Source: an uncultured Alteromonadaceae bacterium
GTDB taxonomy: Bacteria > Pseudomonadota > Gammaproteobacteria > Pseudomonadales > Halieaceae
Assembly (NCBI GenBank): GCA_964412695.1
Contig: CAYPPU010000006.1
Coordinates: 14,109 to 78,108 of the forward strand
DNA: 64,000 nucleotides
Direction: 5' to 3'
The position numbers were made by a program, and so were the translations under genes. The notes beneath the pieces are model-generated. The model ran no database searches, was not told where the DNA came from, and worked only from the letters and a program-made list of their open reading frames with translations. Shown here one piece after another: positions 1 to 9,629 of this stretch; position 1 is the first letter of the stretch; every line of letters starts with the position of its first letter.

Positions 1-945
1 GGCTAGAGCCGCCTTCATACTGGCGAGGAGCTGTTTATAGCGTTCGCCCCCTAAGCGTTTTTGAATGCGACTCAAGGCGTCCAATAGGCCTTGCTCGAAG
101 CATTCAAAAGCCTTGTTCGAGTCATTGAGTAGTCGCTCGAAGTCGCGAAGATTCTGCAAAATATAGTTATCGAAAGAATGTTCGACTCGATCGGCGAGGC
201 TAGCCTCCAATAGCACCACATCACTGGTTTTGATGACCTCTTGCATTGCCAAGGGCAGGGCGCAGCGGCCTATCAGTCGGCTTTCGTCTTCAACAAGTAA
301 ATGGGTGTCGGTGGCGCGAGCCGTTTTCAGTACGGCGATCGCCAATGCAATCTCAAAGCCAATTTGCGAGGGCTGTTCCGTTACACGACGGCCAAAGGCA
401 CTGCCTCGATGGTGGGCCAGACCCTCCAGGTCAATACTGCCCACTAGTGCGGGTGACTGTTCGTCACCCACCAGTAATCTAGTCTTTGCACTACCTGTGC
501 GCCCCCCAACGACGATAAAGCGACGCTCCTGGCACAGGGCATCGAGGGTTTCCATGAGCCAGCGGCGCATGGCTTTGTAACCGCCTTTGATTCGAGGAAA
601 GTCAACGCCCGCGTCTGCCAGCCACTGCTGACTAATACCCGAGCGCATGCCACCGCGAAAGCAGAACAACGCGCCATGGGGATTGGCCTCGGCGAAGGCT
701 CGCCATTGGTCGACGCGCGCGGTTTTGGTATTGCCAGAGACTAATTCATGTCCCAGTGCGATGGCGGCGTCTTGGCCCTGTTTTTTGTAGCAGGTGCCCA
801 CCTGGGCGCGCTCATCATCTGTCATCAATGGCAGGTTAACGGCGTGCGGGAAGCTACCCTTGGCAAACTCGATAGGAGCCCGGGTATCGATTAGCGGGAT
901 ATCGTCTATAAATAACCGTTCAAATTGTTCGATCTCCGCTGACAT
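1..945 (-). CDS. mnmH: tRNA 2-selenouridine(34) synthase MnmH/SelU (3' end truncated by window edge)
   Basis: Hand translation from ATG at 945: [65 protein letters not shown]...LFCFRGGMRS...GGYKAMRR. This is a SelU-type rhodanese domain with a later P-loop (GRTGSAKT). The start overlaps the selD stop (TAATG). Confidence 0.93.
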   Translation of the reverse strand, partial: MSAEIEQFERLFIDDIPLIDTRAPIEFAKGSFPHAVNLPLMTDDERAQVGTCYKKQGQDAAIALGHELVSGNTKTARVDQWRAFAEANPHGALFCFRGGMRSGISQQWLADAGVDFPRIKGGYKAMRRWLMETLDALCQERRFIVVGGRTGSAKTRLLVGDEQSPALVGSIDLEGLAHHRGSAFGRRVTEQPSQIGFEIALAIAVLKTARATDTHLLVEDESRLIGRCALPLAMQEVIKTSDVVLLEASLADRVEHSFDNYILQNLRDFERLLNDSNKAFECFEQGLLDALSRIQKRLGGERYKQLLASMKAALA

Positions 946-2000
946 TAGTCCGCCAGACGAATGCGCACGATTTCGCCGCAAGTTTTTTCAAGCAAGCCGA
1001 TAGGCTGATCGGGCAGGCCATGATTCGCTAGTAGATCTTGCACGGTGGTGACCGCCTCGAGTGCAACCGAAATGAGCAGACCACCACTGGTTTGTGGGTC
1101 ACACAGCAGGGTTTTGTCGTGATCGGAAAGGGCAGGTAGATGTTTGCCATACGCCTCAAAGTTGCGCCCGGCGCCACCCGGGACACAACCCTGGTCAATG
1201 TAGTCACTGACGCCAGGCAGTTTTGCGATGTGCTCAAGTGATAACTTCGCGTCGAGGTCCGCGCCCTGACACAGCTCCAGCAGGTGCCCCATAAGCGCAA
1301 AACCGGTGACATCGGTCATGGCATTTACGCCGCTTATGACTGCGAGATCAGCGCCAATGCTGTTGGCCTGGCACATCACCTCGGTCGCTAAACCACGATG
1401 CTCTGCTGCGAGCTTGCCTTGTTTTTCTGCCGTTGTGAGGATGCCGATGCCCAATGGTTTGGTGAGAAAGAGGGCGTCCCCGGCTTTGGCCGCGTTGTTG
1501 CACTTGAGTCTCTCGATGGCCACTTCGCCGGTGACGGCTAGGCCAAATATCGGCTCGGGCGCGTCAATACTGTGCCCGCCTGCTAGGGGGATACCCAAAT
1601 CGGAGCAAACGCGCCGCCCACCCGCAATCACCTGACCGGCTACCTCGGGGGGCAATACCGAGACGGGCCAGCCCAGAATAGCGATGGCCATGAGGGGCTT
1701 GCCGCCCATGGCGTAAATGTCGCTAATAGCATTGGTGGCCGCGACGCGACCAAAGTCAAAAGGATCATCGACAATGGGCATGAAAAAGTCGGTGGTACTT
1801 AGAATGGCGCGACCATCGCCAATATCGACAGCAGCGGCATCATCTTTACTGTGGTTACCCACCAAAAGGTTGGGGTACTCGCCACGATCCGAGAGCGCCA
1901 GGCTGCCCTCGAGCATTTTTTCTAAAACATTCGGAGCAATCTTGCAGCCGCAGCCAGCGCCGTGGCTGTACTGGGTCAGTCGAATCTTGGCTTCACTCAT
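945..2000 (-). CDS. selD: Selenide, water dikinase (selenophosphate synthetase), Cys form
   Basis: [37 protein letters not shown] and DPQTSGGLL motifs. Start moved to the ATG at 2000. Confidence 0.97.
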   Translation of the reverse strand: MSEAKIRLTQYSHGAGCGCKIAPNVLEKMLEGSLALSDRGEYPNLLVGNHSKDDAAAVDIGDGRAILSTTDFFMPIVDDPFDFGRVAATNAISDIYAMGGKPLMAIAILGWPVSVLPPEVAGQVIAGGRRVCSDLGIPLAGGHSIDAPEPIFGLAVTGEVAIERLKCNNAAKAGDALFLTKPLGIGILTTAEKQGKLAAEHRGLATEVMCQANSIGADLAVISGVNAMTDVTGFALMGHLLELCQGADLDAKLSLEHIAKLPGVSDYIDQGCVPGGAGRNFEAYGKHLPALSDHDKTLLCDPQTSGGLLISVALEAVTTVQDLLANHGLPDQPIGLLEKTCGEIVRIRLAD

Positions 2001-2171
2001 GGAGGATTGTCGCAATTCACAGGGATGTCGATGCTACCGCATATTGGCCAGCGGCTGACAGCATCAGTGGCTGTCCAATAAATGGTCGTGAAAAACTCAG
2101 GGTTATCATTGAAAAAAGCGCGCCTAGCTTTCATGCTGTGTTCTCCCTTGCGGTGGTTTGGGCCTGTCTTT

Positions 2172-4079
2172 GTGAAAACACGCGTTGTCTGCTTATTGCT
2201 CACATGGGTAATCATTACCTTGGGCCTAAATCGAGCTTCTGCCGCTGATCTAAACGAGCAACGAGAGTGGTTTACCCAGGCCTGGGCAGAGCTTCGCACT
2301 GGCGCAGGCCCTCGTTACCAGACCCTGCGCAAGCAGCTGGCCGATTACCCGCTCGCCATTTACCTAGACTTCGAAATCAATATGACGCGGTTGCATCAGT
2401 TAAAGCCCGATGCCGCATTGCGGTTTTTAGCTGAGCTTGAAGACACACCTTTAAAGAGTCGATTCCTGTCAGCCTACTTACATCACAAAGGTAATGACCG
2501 GCATTGGCGCGAGTTTTTGCCGCTGATCGACCAATTGCCCGATGAGGTCGAGCTACAGTGCTACTACTACCGCGCATTGCGGGATACAGGCCGCCGCTTG
2601 GAGGCCTGGCAGGGAGCGGCGCGGCTGTGGAATATAGGGGAGTCACAAGTGGAAACCTGTGATCCCTTATTCGAACGCTGGATAGCTGCCGAGGGTCCCG
2701 ACGACGCACTGGTCTGGTCCCGGGCACTCAAAGCCTTTGATGCCCGCAATCCCCATCTGATTGGCTACGTAAAGCGCTTCGCATCGCCATCCCTGAAGCC
2801 CCTTCTTGACGAATTGTATGCGGTATACCGTGAGCCCAGGCGTCTTCTGGGAGATCGTCATACGGCAGATGTCCGTCACGCCGAACTCATGACGATTGGC
2901 CTATTGCGTTTGGCACGGGTCAACCCGCAGCAGGCGTTAGATGGTTTTCATGAAGCTAAGCAAACACAGCCCTTTACCGATCAGCAAACTGAGCGCATTG
3001 AGCGTGCTGTTTTACGTCACAGTCTGTTTGCGCAAAGTGCGGCGTCGCCTGACTGGATGAGTGAGGCACTGGCACGTCTTCTGGATGACGAGCTAACCGA
3101 GATTCAGTTGCGCAATCTTATCCAGCAATCGGATTGGCCTGCCATCCTCACGGCGTTGGATTGGCTTTCAGAACAATCTCGAGACAAGGGGGAGTGGCGT
3201 TATTGGCGGGCCCGGGCGTTGCATGCACTGGGTGACGGGCTTCAGGCGCGACAGATTTTGGTGGCCCTAGCCAAATCCCGGAGTTATCACGGTTTTCTTG
3301 CGGCGCAGCTATTAGATTTGCCGCCCCAGCTAGAGGCCAAGGAGATCTCTCCAGCAGGCCCCCTAAATCTGCTTGCGTTTGATCGCTATGTTGAATTGAG
3401 CTACCACGGACGGGAGGAGGATGCGCGTCTGGAGTGGCGGCATGCTCTTATTCGCTCTGACACCGATGCCCAATTGGCGTTAGCTCGCCATGCGTTTGAT
3501 CAGGCGCAGTACCATCAGGCAATCGAGGCTGTTATCTCTGCTGGTGAGTGGGACTACTTGAGGCTCCGATTTCCCGTTGCTTATCCAGAGACTTTTGAAC
3601 AGGCAGCCACGGCCTACCAGGTACCGGCAGTACAGCTCATGGCAATTGCGCGCCGAGAAAGTGCCATGAATCCTGAGGCTGTGTCACCAGTGGGCGCACG
3701 AGGGTTGATGCAACTCATGCCTTCAACCGGAAGACTAATGGCCCGAAAAGCCAACGTTAACTTTCGTTCTGCGCGCCTATTTGAGGTCGATTACAATGTC
3801 GATTTGGCGAGCCGGTATTATCGCAGTTTGCTGGATCGCTGGCAGGGCAACCGTGCGTTAGCATTGGCGAGCTACAATGCGGGGCCCGAGCGCGTTCGTC
3901 GGTGGCAGGATGCCGACTTGCCGATTGATCAATGGATCGATACGTTACCGTTTAGAGAGACGCGTGAGTACGTCCGAGCTGTGCTCGCCTACACCGTGAT
4001 TTACCAGCAGTTGCAGGGAATCCAACAACCGATACTAACGTCAGGGGAATGGCCTCTGAGCTCACAATGGGAGTGGTAA
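2172..4079 (+). CDS. slt: Soluble lytic murein transglycosylase (Slt70-like)
   Basis: Signal peptide, helical N-region, C-terminal SLT motifs ARRESAM, GARGLMQLMP, ASYNAGP, FRETREYV. Start uncertain (GTG at 2172 chosen). Confidence 0.9.
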   Translation: MKTRVVCLLLTWVIITLGLNRASAADLNEQREWFTQAWAELRTGAGPRYQTLRKQLADYPLAIYLDFEINMTRLHQLKPDAALRFLAELEDTPLKSRFLSAYLHHKGNDRHWREFLPLIDQLPDEVELQCYYYRALRDTGRRLEAWQGAARLWNIGESQVETCDPLFERWIAAEGPDDALVWSRALKAFDARNPHLIGYVKRFASPSLKPLLDELYAVYREPRRLLGDRHTADVRHAELMTIGLLRLARVNPQQALDGFHEAKQTQPFTDQQTERIERAVLRHSLFAQSAASPDWMSEALARLLDDELTEIQLRNLIQQSDWPAILTALDWLSEQSRDKGEWRYWRARALHALGDGLQARQILVALAKSRSYHGFLAAQLLDLPPQLEAKEISPAGPLNLLAFDRYVELSYHGREEDARLEWRHALIRSDTDAQLALARHAFDQAQYHQAIEAVISAGEWDYLRLRFPVAYPETFEQAATAYQVPAVQLMAIARRESAMNPEAVSPVGARGLMQLMPSTGRLMARKANVNFRSARLFEVDYNVDLASRYYRSLLDRWQGNRALALASYNAGPERVRRWQDADLPIDQWIDTLPFRETREYVRAVLAYTVIYQQLQGIQQPILTSGEWPLSSQWEW

Positions 4080-5200
4080 TGAAAAACCTAACGATGCAGT
4101 CCTGTGTTCATGCCGAGGGGTCAATTGAGTGTGCGCTATTTGAGAGTGATGTACCTACTCCGGGCCCCGATGAGGTCATTTTGGAGGTTGAGGCGGCGCC
4201 TATTAACCCCTCCGATTTGGGCTTGATGTTTGGTATCGCCGACACCGACACCGCCCAAGCCAGCGAACGCAATGGGCATGCTTCTGTGGTGGTGCCGTTA
4301 CCTGAAATGTTGCAGCGAGCTATGGCGTCGCGAGAGGGCCGTTGGCTACCCGGAGGTAACGAAGGTGTCGGGCGCGTTATCGCGGCAGGTGATTCCCCCG
4401 CAGCCCAAGCGCTAATTGGTAAGCGAGTGGGGGCCTTTAATGGCGAAATGTTTGCGCGTTACAGTAAGGTGTCTGTGATGGCTTGCTTGCCTCTGGCCGA
4501 GGATGTCACGGCAGAGCAGGGCGCGTCTTGTTTTGTAAACCCCATGACGGCTCTGGGGTTTGTGGAGACCGCGCGCATGGAAGGCCATGAGGCCATCATT
4601 CATGCGGCGGCCGCCTCAAACTTGGGTCAGATGCTGAATCGTATTTGTATCGAGGACGGGATGCCGCTGGTCAATATCGTGCGTTCAGAGGAGCAGAAGC
4701 AGTTGCTGCTGTCCCAGGATGCTACCTGGGTTCTCAACAGCCAAGACGCGGATTTTCGCGACCAGTTGTTGGCGGCCATTGAGGCGACGGGTGCGCGTCT
4801 TGCCTTTGATCCAATTGGCGGTGGCACCTTGAGCAACCAAATTCTAGCGGCCATGGAAACGGCGGCACAACGACGTATGCCAGCCTGGAGTCGCTACGGT
4901 TCGGACGAATTCAAGCAGGTTTACATTTACGGGATGTTGGATCCGTCGCCTACGACACTGACTCGCGGTTATGGTTTTTCATGGAGTATCAGTGGCTGGT
5001 TGTTGACACCGTTCTTGCAGAAGTTTGGAATGGAGCGTGTTATTGCCATGCGTGAGCGCGTGGCCGCCTCAATCACCACGACCTTTGCCAGCCATTATTC
5101 CGACCGGGTGAAGTTTGAAGATATGCTCGGCGTGGAGGCGGTGAAGCGCTATGGCAAAAAAGCGACCGGGCAAAAAACACTGGTGCTAATGACGGACTAA
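4079..5200 (+). CDS. MDR-superfamily (zinc-binding dehydrogenase-like/enoyl reductase-like) oxidoreductase
   Basis: EAAPINPSDLG, GNEGVG, FVNPMTALG, AAASNLGQML motifs. ATG overlaps the slt stop (TAATG). Confidence 0.85.
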   Translation: MKNLTMQSCVHAEGSIECALFESDVPTPGPDEVILEVEAAPINPSDLGLMFGIADTDTAQASERNGHASVVVPLPEMLQRAMASREGRWLPGGNEGVGRVIAAGDSPAAQALIGKRVGAFNGEMFARYSKVSVMACLPLAEDVTAEQGASCFVNPMTALGFVETARMEGHEAIIHAAAASNLGQMLNRICIEDGMPLVNIVRSEEQKQLLLSQDATWVLNSQDADFRDQLLAAIEATGARLAFDPIGGGTLSNQILAAMETAAQRRMPAWSRYGSDEFKQVYIYGMLDPSPTTLTRGYGFSWSISGWLLTPFLQKFGMERVIAMRERVAASITTTFASHYSDRVKFEDMLGVEAVKRYGKKATGQKTLVLMTD

Positions 5201-5207
5201 TTAAGGC

Positions 5208-5570
5208 TTAGCCTCCGGCCAGTTTGCATTGATAGCCCATAGACTCCAGCGCGCTCTGACACAGCGTGCGCTGGTCTCCCTGGATCTCAATGGTCCCGTT
5301 CTTGACGGCGCCGCCAACACCACAGCGTTGCTTGAGTTGCTTCGCAATGGTCTTGAGTAAATCGGGTGTTACCGGTAAGCCTTCAATGACGGTGACCGCT
5401 TTACCCCCGCGGCCCTTGGTCTCACGGCGAATGCGAGCGATGCCATCGCCTTGATCAGTGGGCTTGGAGTTTCCGCAGACGCAGACGCTGAGCTTGCGCT
5501 GACACTGTTTGCATAGGCTGCCACCGTCAGTGCTGTAGACCAGTTTGGACGATGAGGATTTTTTGGCCAC
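5208..5570 (-). CDS. yciH: SUI1-family translation factor YciH
   Basis: LVYSTD...RRETKGRGGKAVTVI...LKQRCGVGGAVK...IEIQGD...KLAGG. GTG start with AAGGAG upstream. Confidence 0.93.
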   Translation of the reverse strand: MAKKSSSSKLVYSTDGGSLCKQCQRKLSVCVCGNSKPTDQGDGIARIRRETKGRGGKAVTVIEGLPVTPDLLKTIAKQLKQRCGVGGAVKNGTIEIQGDQRTLCQSALESMGYQCKLAGG

Positions 5571-5651
5571 GGACACACTCTCCTTGTCATTGGCGGTTAT
5601 AGTAACCGGCAAAGTGAAATCTCCCCAACCCGCGCCAAAGGAGCGTCGCCT

Positions 5652-5864
5652 ATGTCAGGATCAGCGATAAGCGATTTAGAGACGCAGATTGCCTTCCTTG
5701 AGGACTTGGTGGCGCGATTGGATGCAGCAATGGCAGATCAGCAAGGTCAGATGTTGGCCATGCAGGAGCAAATTCGCTTACTGGGGGAGCGGTTGAAGGA
5801 GCAGGGCAGTCGCCTCGACGGAGTGGCGCCGCCCGAGGATGAGCCGCCTCCGCCGCACTATTAA
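5652..5864 (+). CDS. slyX: SlyX family protein
   Basis: LETQIAFLED coiled coil and C-terminal PPHY. AAGGAG SD upstream. Confidence 0.92.
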   Translation: MSGSAISDLETQIAFLEDLVARLDAAMADQQGQMLAMQEQIRLLGERLKEQGSRLDGVAPPEDEPPPPHY

Positions 5865-5989
5865 GTACAGTTAGGTTAGTGGCCGGTGGCGCAACAAGCA
5901 GTGGCCTGATCGATCGCGACTAATGCAAGGCTCAGTTGCCGGCATTTACCGCCAAGAATGAAACGCCCTTGGGCAAACAGGATGGGATT

Positions 5990-7702
5990 ATGAATTACCG
6001 CGTTGTATTACTGGTTTTAGCTGCCTTCTTGGCGGGATTGTTCGTCTTGTTCTCCATTGCGACACGTCCGCCCGAGGCACCCCATCATCAGGTGTACGTT
6101 AATGGCGTGGTGATCGTCATGGACGAAGGCAATACCGTGGCAGAGGCGATCAGCATTCGGGGCGATCGCATTGATGCGGTGGGAGATAGTGAATCGATAT
6201 TGGCTGGCGTGTCTGATGATACCGAAGTGGTCGATCTTCGAGGTCGCACGGTCATGCCGGGTTTTGTCGATGCCCACGGACATTTTCCTGGATCGGGGCA
6301 GGTGGTTTTTTCTGCCGACCTGAACAGTCCGCCGATTGGCAACATCGAAAACATGGAGCAACTTATTGCGCGATTGCAGGCGATGGGTGAGCAACGCCCC
6401 GAGGGTTGGATAGCCGGCTGGGGTTATGACGACACGCAAATCGCCGAGGGACGTCACCCCACGCGTGAGGATCTCGATAAGGTTTCCACCACCCGTCCCG
6501 TGGGGATTAACCACATCTCTGGGCATTTGGCGGTGGTTAACTCCGTGGGTTTGGAGTTATTGGGCATCAACGAAACCACGCCTGATCCCGAGGGCGGTGT
6601 TATTCGTCGTGATCCAAATTCTCCGGATGGCAATAGACCCAATGGCGTTTTGGAGGAGACTGCAGCGCGCAAGTTGCTCTCTGCCAGTTTGGATATTGGG
6701 CTCACCGACGCCGTGCGGATGACCACCACGGCGGCGCGAGAGTACTTAGCTTACGGTGTAACGACGGCCTCGGCTGGCGGCATGCCCATTGGTATTGCCA
6801 AGTTGCTGGGGCCCTTGAGTCGTTTTAATGTCTTTCCGCAGCGGGTGGCGTTATTTCCTTTGATGGAGGAGATGGAGTCCAAGATTTTGAACGAAGGGTG
6901 GCGACCCGAGATTATGGCAGCGGGCCGGGTGAGTTTGCCGAGGGTCAAAATCATTGCTGATGGCAGTATCCAGGGTTACACCGGTTATCTGAGTGAGCCC
7001 TATTACGTGCCGTTTCAGGGCGACTTGGATTACAGGGGTTATCCATCCGTGTCGCGAGAGGCTTTATTCCAACAGGTCAGCGACCTGTATGAGCGACGCA
7101 TTCGAGTGGCTATCCACTGTAATGGTGATGCCTCAATTCAGGATGGTCTAGACGCCATTGAGCATGCGCAACAGCTACATCCCTGGCCTGAGGCGAGGCC
7201 GATGATGATTCATGCGCAGATGACGCGGTCTGACCAAATTGCGCGTATGGCCGAGCTGGGCGTTACGCCCAGTTTCTATACTGCACATACCTATTACTGG
7301 GGCGACCGACACATGAAATTGTTTATGGGTCCTGAGCGTGCAGTGAATATGAGCCCCGGTAAATGGGCGCTCGATGCCGGTATTCGGTTCAGCTCTCATA
7401 TGGATACGCCGGTTACCCCCATGCGGCCATTACAGGCTTTTTGGAGTCAGATTGAACGTAAAAGCACCAGCGGTATGGTGATTGGAGAACATCAGCGTGT
7501 CGCGCCGATGCAAGCGTTGCGGGCGCTTACGATTGATGCTGCTTGGCAGGTGTTAATGGATGATCAGATTGGCTCTTTAGAGCCAGGCAAGTTGGCCGAT
7601 ATGATCGTGCTTTCGGGTAATCCGCTGACGGCGGCCGATGCGCGCGAGCTCGTGGTGGAGCGTACGCTCATCGGTGGCGCTACCGTCTACGAGAGAAATT
7701 GA
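5990..7702 (+). CDS. Amidohydrolase_3 (YtcJ-like) metal-dependent hydrolase with N-terminal membrane anchor
   Basis: PGFVDAHGH, IHCNGD, IHAQM, GSLEPGKLADMIVLS motifs. Hydrophobic first ~25 residues. Confidence 0.88.
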   Translation: MNYRVVLLVLAAFLAGLFVLFSIATRPPEAPHHQVYVNGVVIVMDEGNTVAEAISIRGDRIDAVGDSESILAGVSDDTEVVDLRGRTVMPGFVDAHGHFPGSGQVVFSADLNSPPIGNIENMEQLIARLQAMGEQRPEGWIAGWGYDDTQIAEGRHPTREDLDKVSTTRPVGINHISGHLAVVNSVGLELLGINETTPDPEGGVIRRDPNSPDGNRPNGVLEETAARKLLSASLDIGLTDAVRMTTTAAREYLAYGVTTASAGGMPIGIAKLLGPLSRFNVFPQRVALFPLMEEMESKILNEGWRPEIMAAGRVSLPRVKIIADGSIQGYTGYLSEPYYVPFQGDLDYRGYPSVSREALFQQVSDLYERRIRVAIHCNGDASIQDGLDAIEHAQQLHPWPEARPMMIHAQMTRSDQIARMAELGVTPSFYTAHTYYWGDRHMKLFMGPERAVNMSPGKWALDAGIRFSSHMDTPVTPMRPLQAFWSQIERKSTSGMVIGEHQRVAPMQALRALTIDAAWQVLMDDQIGSLEPGKLADMIVLSGNPLTAADARELVVERTLIGGATVYERN

Positions 7703-8355
7703 TCGTTCTTGTAGGCCTCAAGCATGGGGAAGCCCTCTTTCGGTTGAACAAAGAGGGCTTCTGCTGAGGCGGTAACCTCGCCGTTATGGCGTATCTCGCC
7801 AAATACACGGGTTTTACGTTCACCCTCGGATTCAAACCAACTCACTAATTCCAACTCAGCATCTAAAGGAGTGCGTTTGCGATAGCGCACTTCTAGACCT
7901 GCGGTCATACCGGGGAAGTCTGAAAAGTTCTGGCAGAAACCCATGAAGTGATCGAGCACCGCGGCAACCCAGCCGCCATGCACGGTTCCCGGCGGGCCCT
8001 CGTAGGACCAGTCAAAGCGCACTCGACCCCGCCATTTACCGCCTTCATGCCACATCTCAAGCCCCGGCGCTATGGGGTGACTGTTGCCGCCGACGCACAA
8101 GATTTCGGCATTGCAGGTCCTCAAACCGCCGCGGGTCTTGCTGTAAGCAAACAAGCCTCGCATCTCTGGGCTTTGTTTAAGTTCCTGGGTAATAGCTTTA
8201 ACACTTTCCGTCATGGCAAGTGCCAAATCGGGCTCTATGTCACGCGTGACGGAGGTTTCAATAAGCTCGCGAATGGCACCGGCGAGGGCCTGTCGTGCTT
8301 GCCAGTAAGCGTCTTGTGCCACTTGGCTTTGGGTTGCCAAATCGGTGTTGCTCAC
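7687..8355 (-). CDS. PaaI-family (hotdog-fold) thioesterase
   Basis: YEGPPGTVHGGWVAAVLD and LEVRYRKRTPL motifs. Confidence 0.85.
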   Translation of the reverse strand: MSNTDLATQSQVAQDAYWQARQALAGAIRELIETSVTRDIEPDLALAMTESVKAITQELKQSPEMRGLFAYSKTRGGLRTCNAEILCVGGNSHPIAPGLEMWHEGGKWRGRVRFDWSYEGPPGTVHGGWVAAVLDHFMGFCQNFSDFPGMTAGLEVRYRKRTPLDAELELVSWFESEGERKTRVFGEIRHNGEVTASAEALFVQPKEGFPMLEAYKNDQFLS

Positions 8356-9524
8356 ACAGTCACTCCTTGTTGGTTAAGGGCTGTGTACCACTGCCGCAGT
8401 TCGCGGGCTAAGGTCTCGGGTTGCTCCAGCGCGGCGAAGTGGCCGCCCTCAGCGATGTCATCATTGAAATAGACCAACTGGGAAAAGCGTTGCTCTGCCC
8501 AGCGCTGACTGAGGCGCATGATTTCGGTGGGAAAAAGCGTTATGCCCGTGGGTATTTCAATAGCCGAAATGTCGGGATTGTTAAAGCTCTCCCAATAAAG
8601 CCGCGCTGAACTCGCGCCGGCATTGGTCAGCCAGTACAACATCACAGTGTCCAGCATATCATCACGAGACACCGCATTCTCCGGGTGTCTATGACCATTA
8701 CGGACGCAGTCAGTCCACTGCGCAAATTTCTCTATGATCCAAGCCATCTGACCGACGGGCGAGTCAGCAAGAGCATAACCAAGTGTCTGCGGCCGTGTGC
8801 TCTGCTGCTTTGAATAGCCCGAATCGTGGTTTTGGTAGTACTCGAAGGCGGCGAGCGCTGCGGCTTCCTTTTCGGTGATGTCGGGGAACTGCTCTACATC
8901 GGGGGTCGCCAGAGGCAGTGTGATGTGAATCCCAATACATCCGGGAAGTGTCTGCACGCCCATTGCTTGGGTCACAACGGCGCCCCAGTCACCACCGTGA
9001 GCCAGGTAGCGGGTATAGCCCAAGCGTTGCATCAGACTCTCCCACATACGAGCTATCTTATTAACGTCCGTTCCCGGTGCTCGGGGTTTTCCCGAAAAGC
9101 CGTACCCAGGTAGTGACGGCACCACCACATGAAACGCTTGGGCTGAGGGATCGCCATAGGCGGCTGGGTCGACTAGGCGATCGATAAGATGGCGGAACTC
9201 AAGCACGGAGCCGGGCCAGCCATGGGTCAATAAAAGTGGCGTGGCATCACTTTGTGCCGAGCGTACGTGGATGAAGTGGACGTCAATATCATCTATCGCG
9301 GTCACGAAATTTGGCCACTGTCTAAGGCTGTTGATGGCCCTTTCGTGGTCGTAGTCCTGTTGCCAATAGGTGCACAACTCTTGGACGTACTGCAACGGTA
9401 TGCCTTGGCTCCAATCCTCTACTGTTTCCGGGTCGGGGAAGCGCGTGCGCGCAAGGCGCTGCTGCAGATCTTCAATGTCGGTGTGTGCAATTTCAGGCGT
9501 AAACGGATGAATAGTGGAATCCAT
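8352..9524 (-). CDS. Epoxide hydrolase (microsomal/EHN type)
   Basis: EHN-like N-terminus (DLQQRLARTRFP), HGWPGS oxyanion motif, GGDWG nucleophile, GGHFAALEQP catalytic His. Confidence 0.92.
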   Translation of the reverse strand: MDSTIHPFTPEIAHTDIEDLQQRLARTRFPDPETVEDWSQGIPLQYVQELCTYWQQDYDHERAINSLRQWPNFVTAIDDIDVHFIHVRSAQSDATPLLLTHGWPGSVLEFRHLIDRLVDPAAYGDPSAQAFHVVVPSLPGYGFSGKPRAPGTDVNKIARMWESLMQRLGYTRYLAHGGDWGAVVTQAMGVQTLPGCIGIHITLPLATPDVEQFPDITEKEAAALAAFEYYQNHDSGYSKQQSTRPQTLGYALADSPVGQMAWIIEKFAQWTDCVRNGHRHPENAVSRDDMLDTVMLYWLTNAGASSARLYWESFNNPDISAIEIPTGITLFPTEIMRLSQRWAEQRFSQLVYFNDDIAEGGHFAALEQPETLARELRQWYTALNQQGVTV

Positions 9525-9629
9525 GGGGTACTCGAGTCGGCTGGGCAATCGTGCAGCTTATCTTTCACTTGGGTCGCTGCGCCAGCCTCAAAAGGGGTAG
9601 TCAATCAGCTGGCATACAGGGTGGAGGAC

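Noticed and set aside
230-1003. Short ORF-track ORFs at the left edge
   Set aside because: They are antisense or off-frame shadows of mnmH.
945-2000. Possible selenocysteine recoding in selD or elsewhere
   Set aside because: The SelD catalytic codon is Cys, and I saw no gene split by an in-frame TGA.
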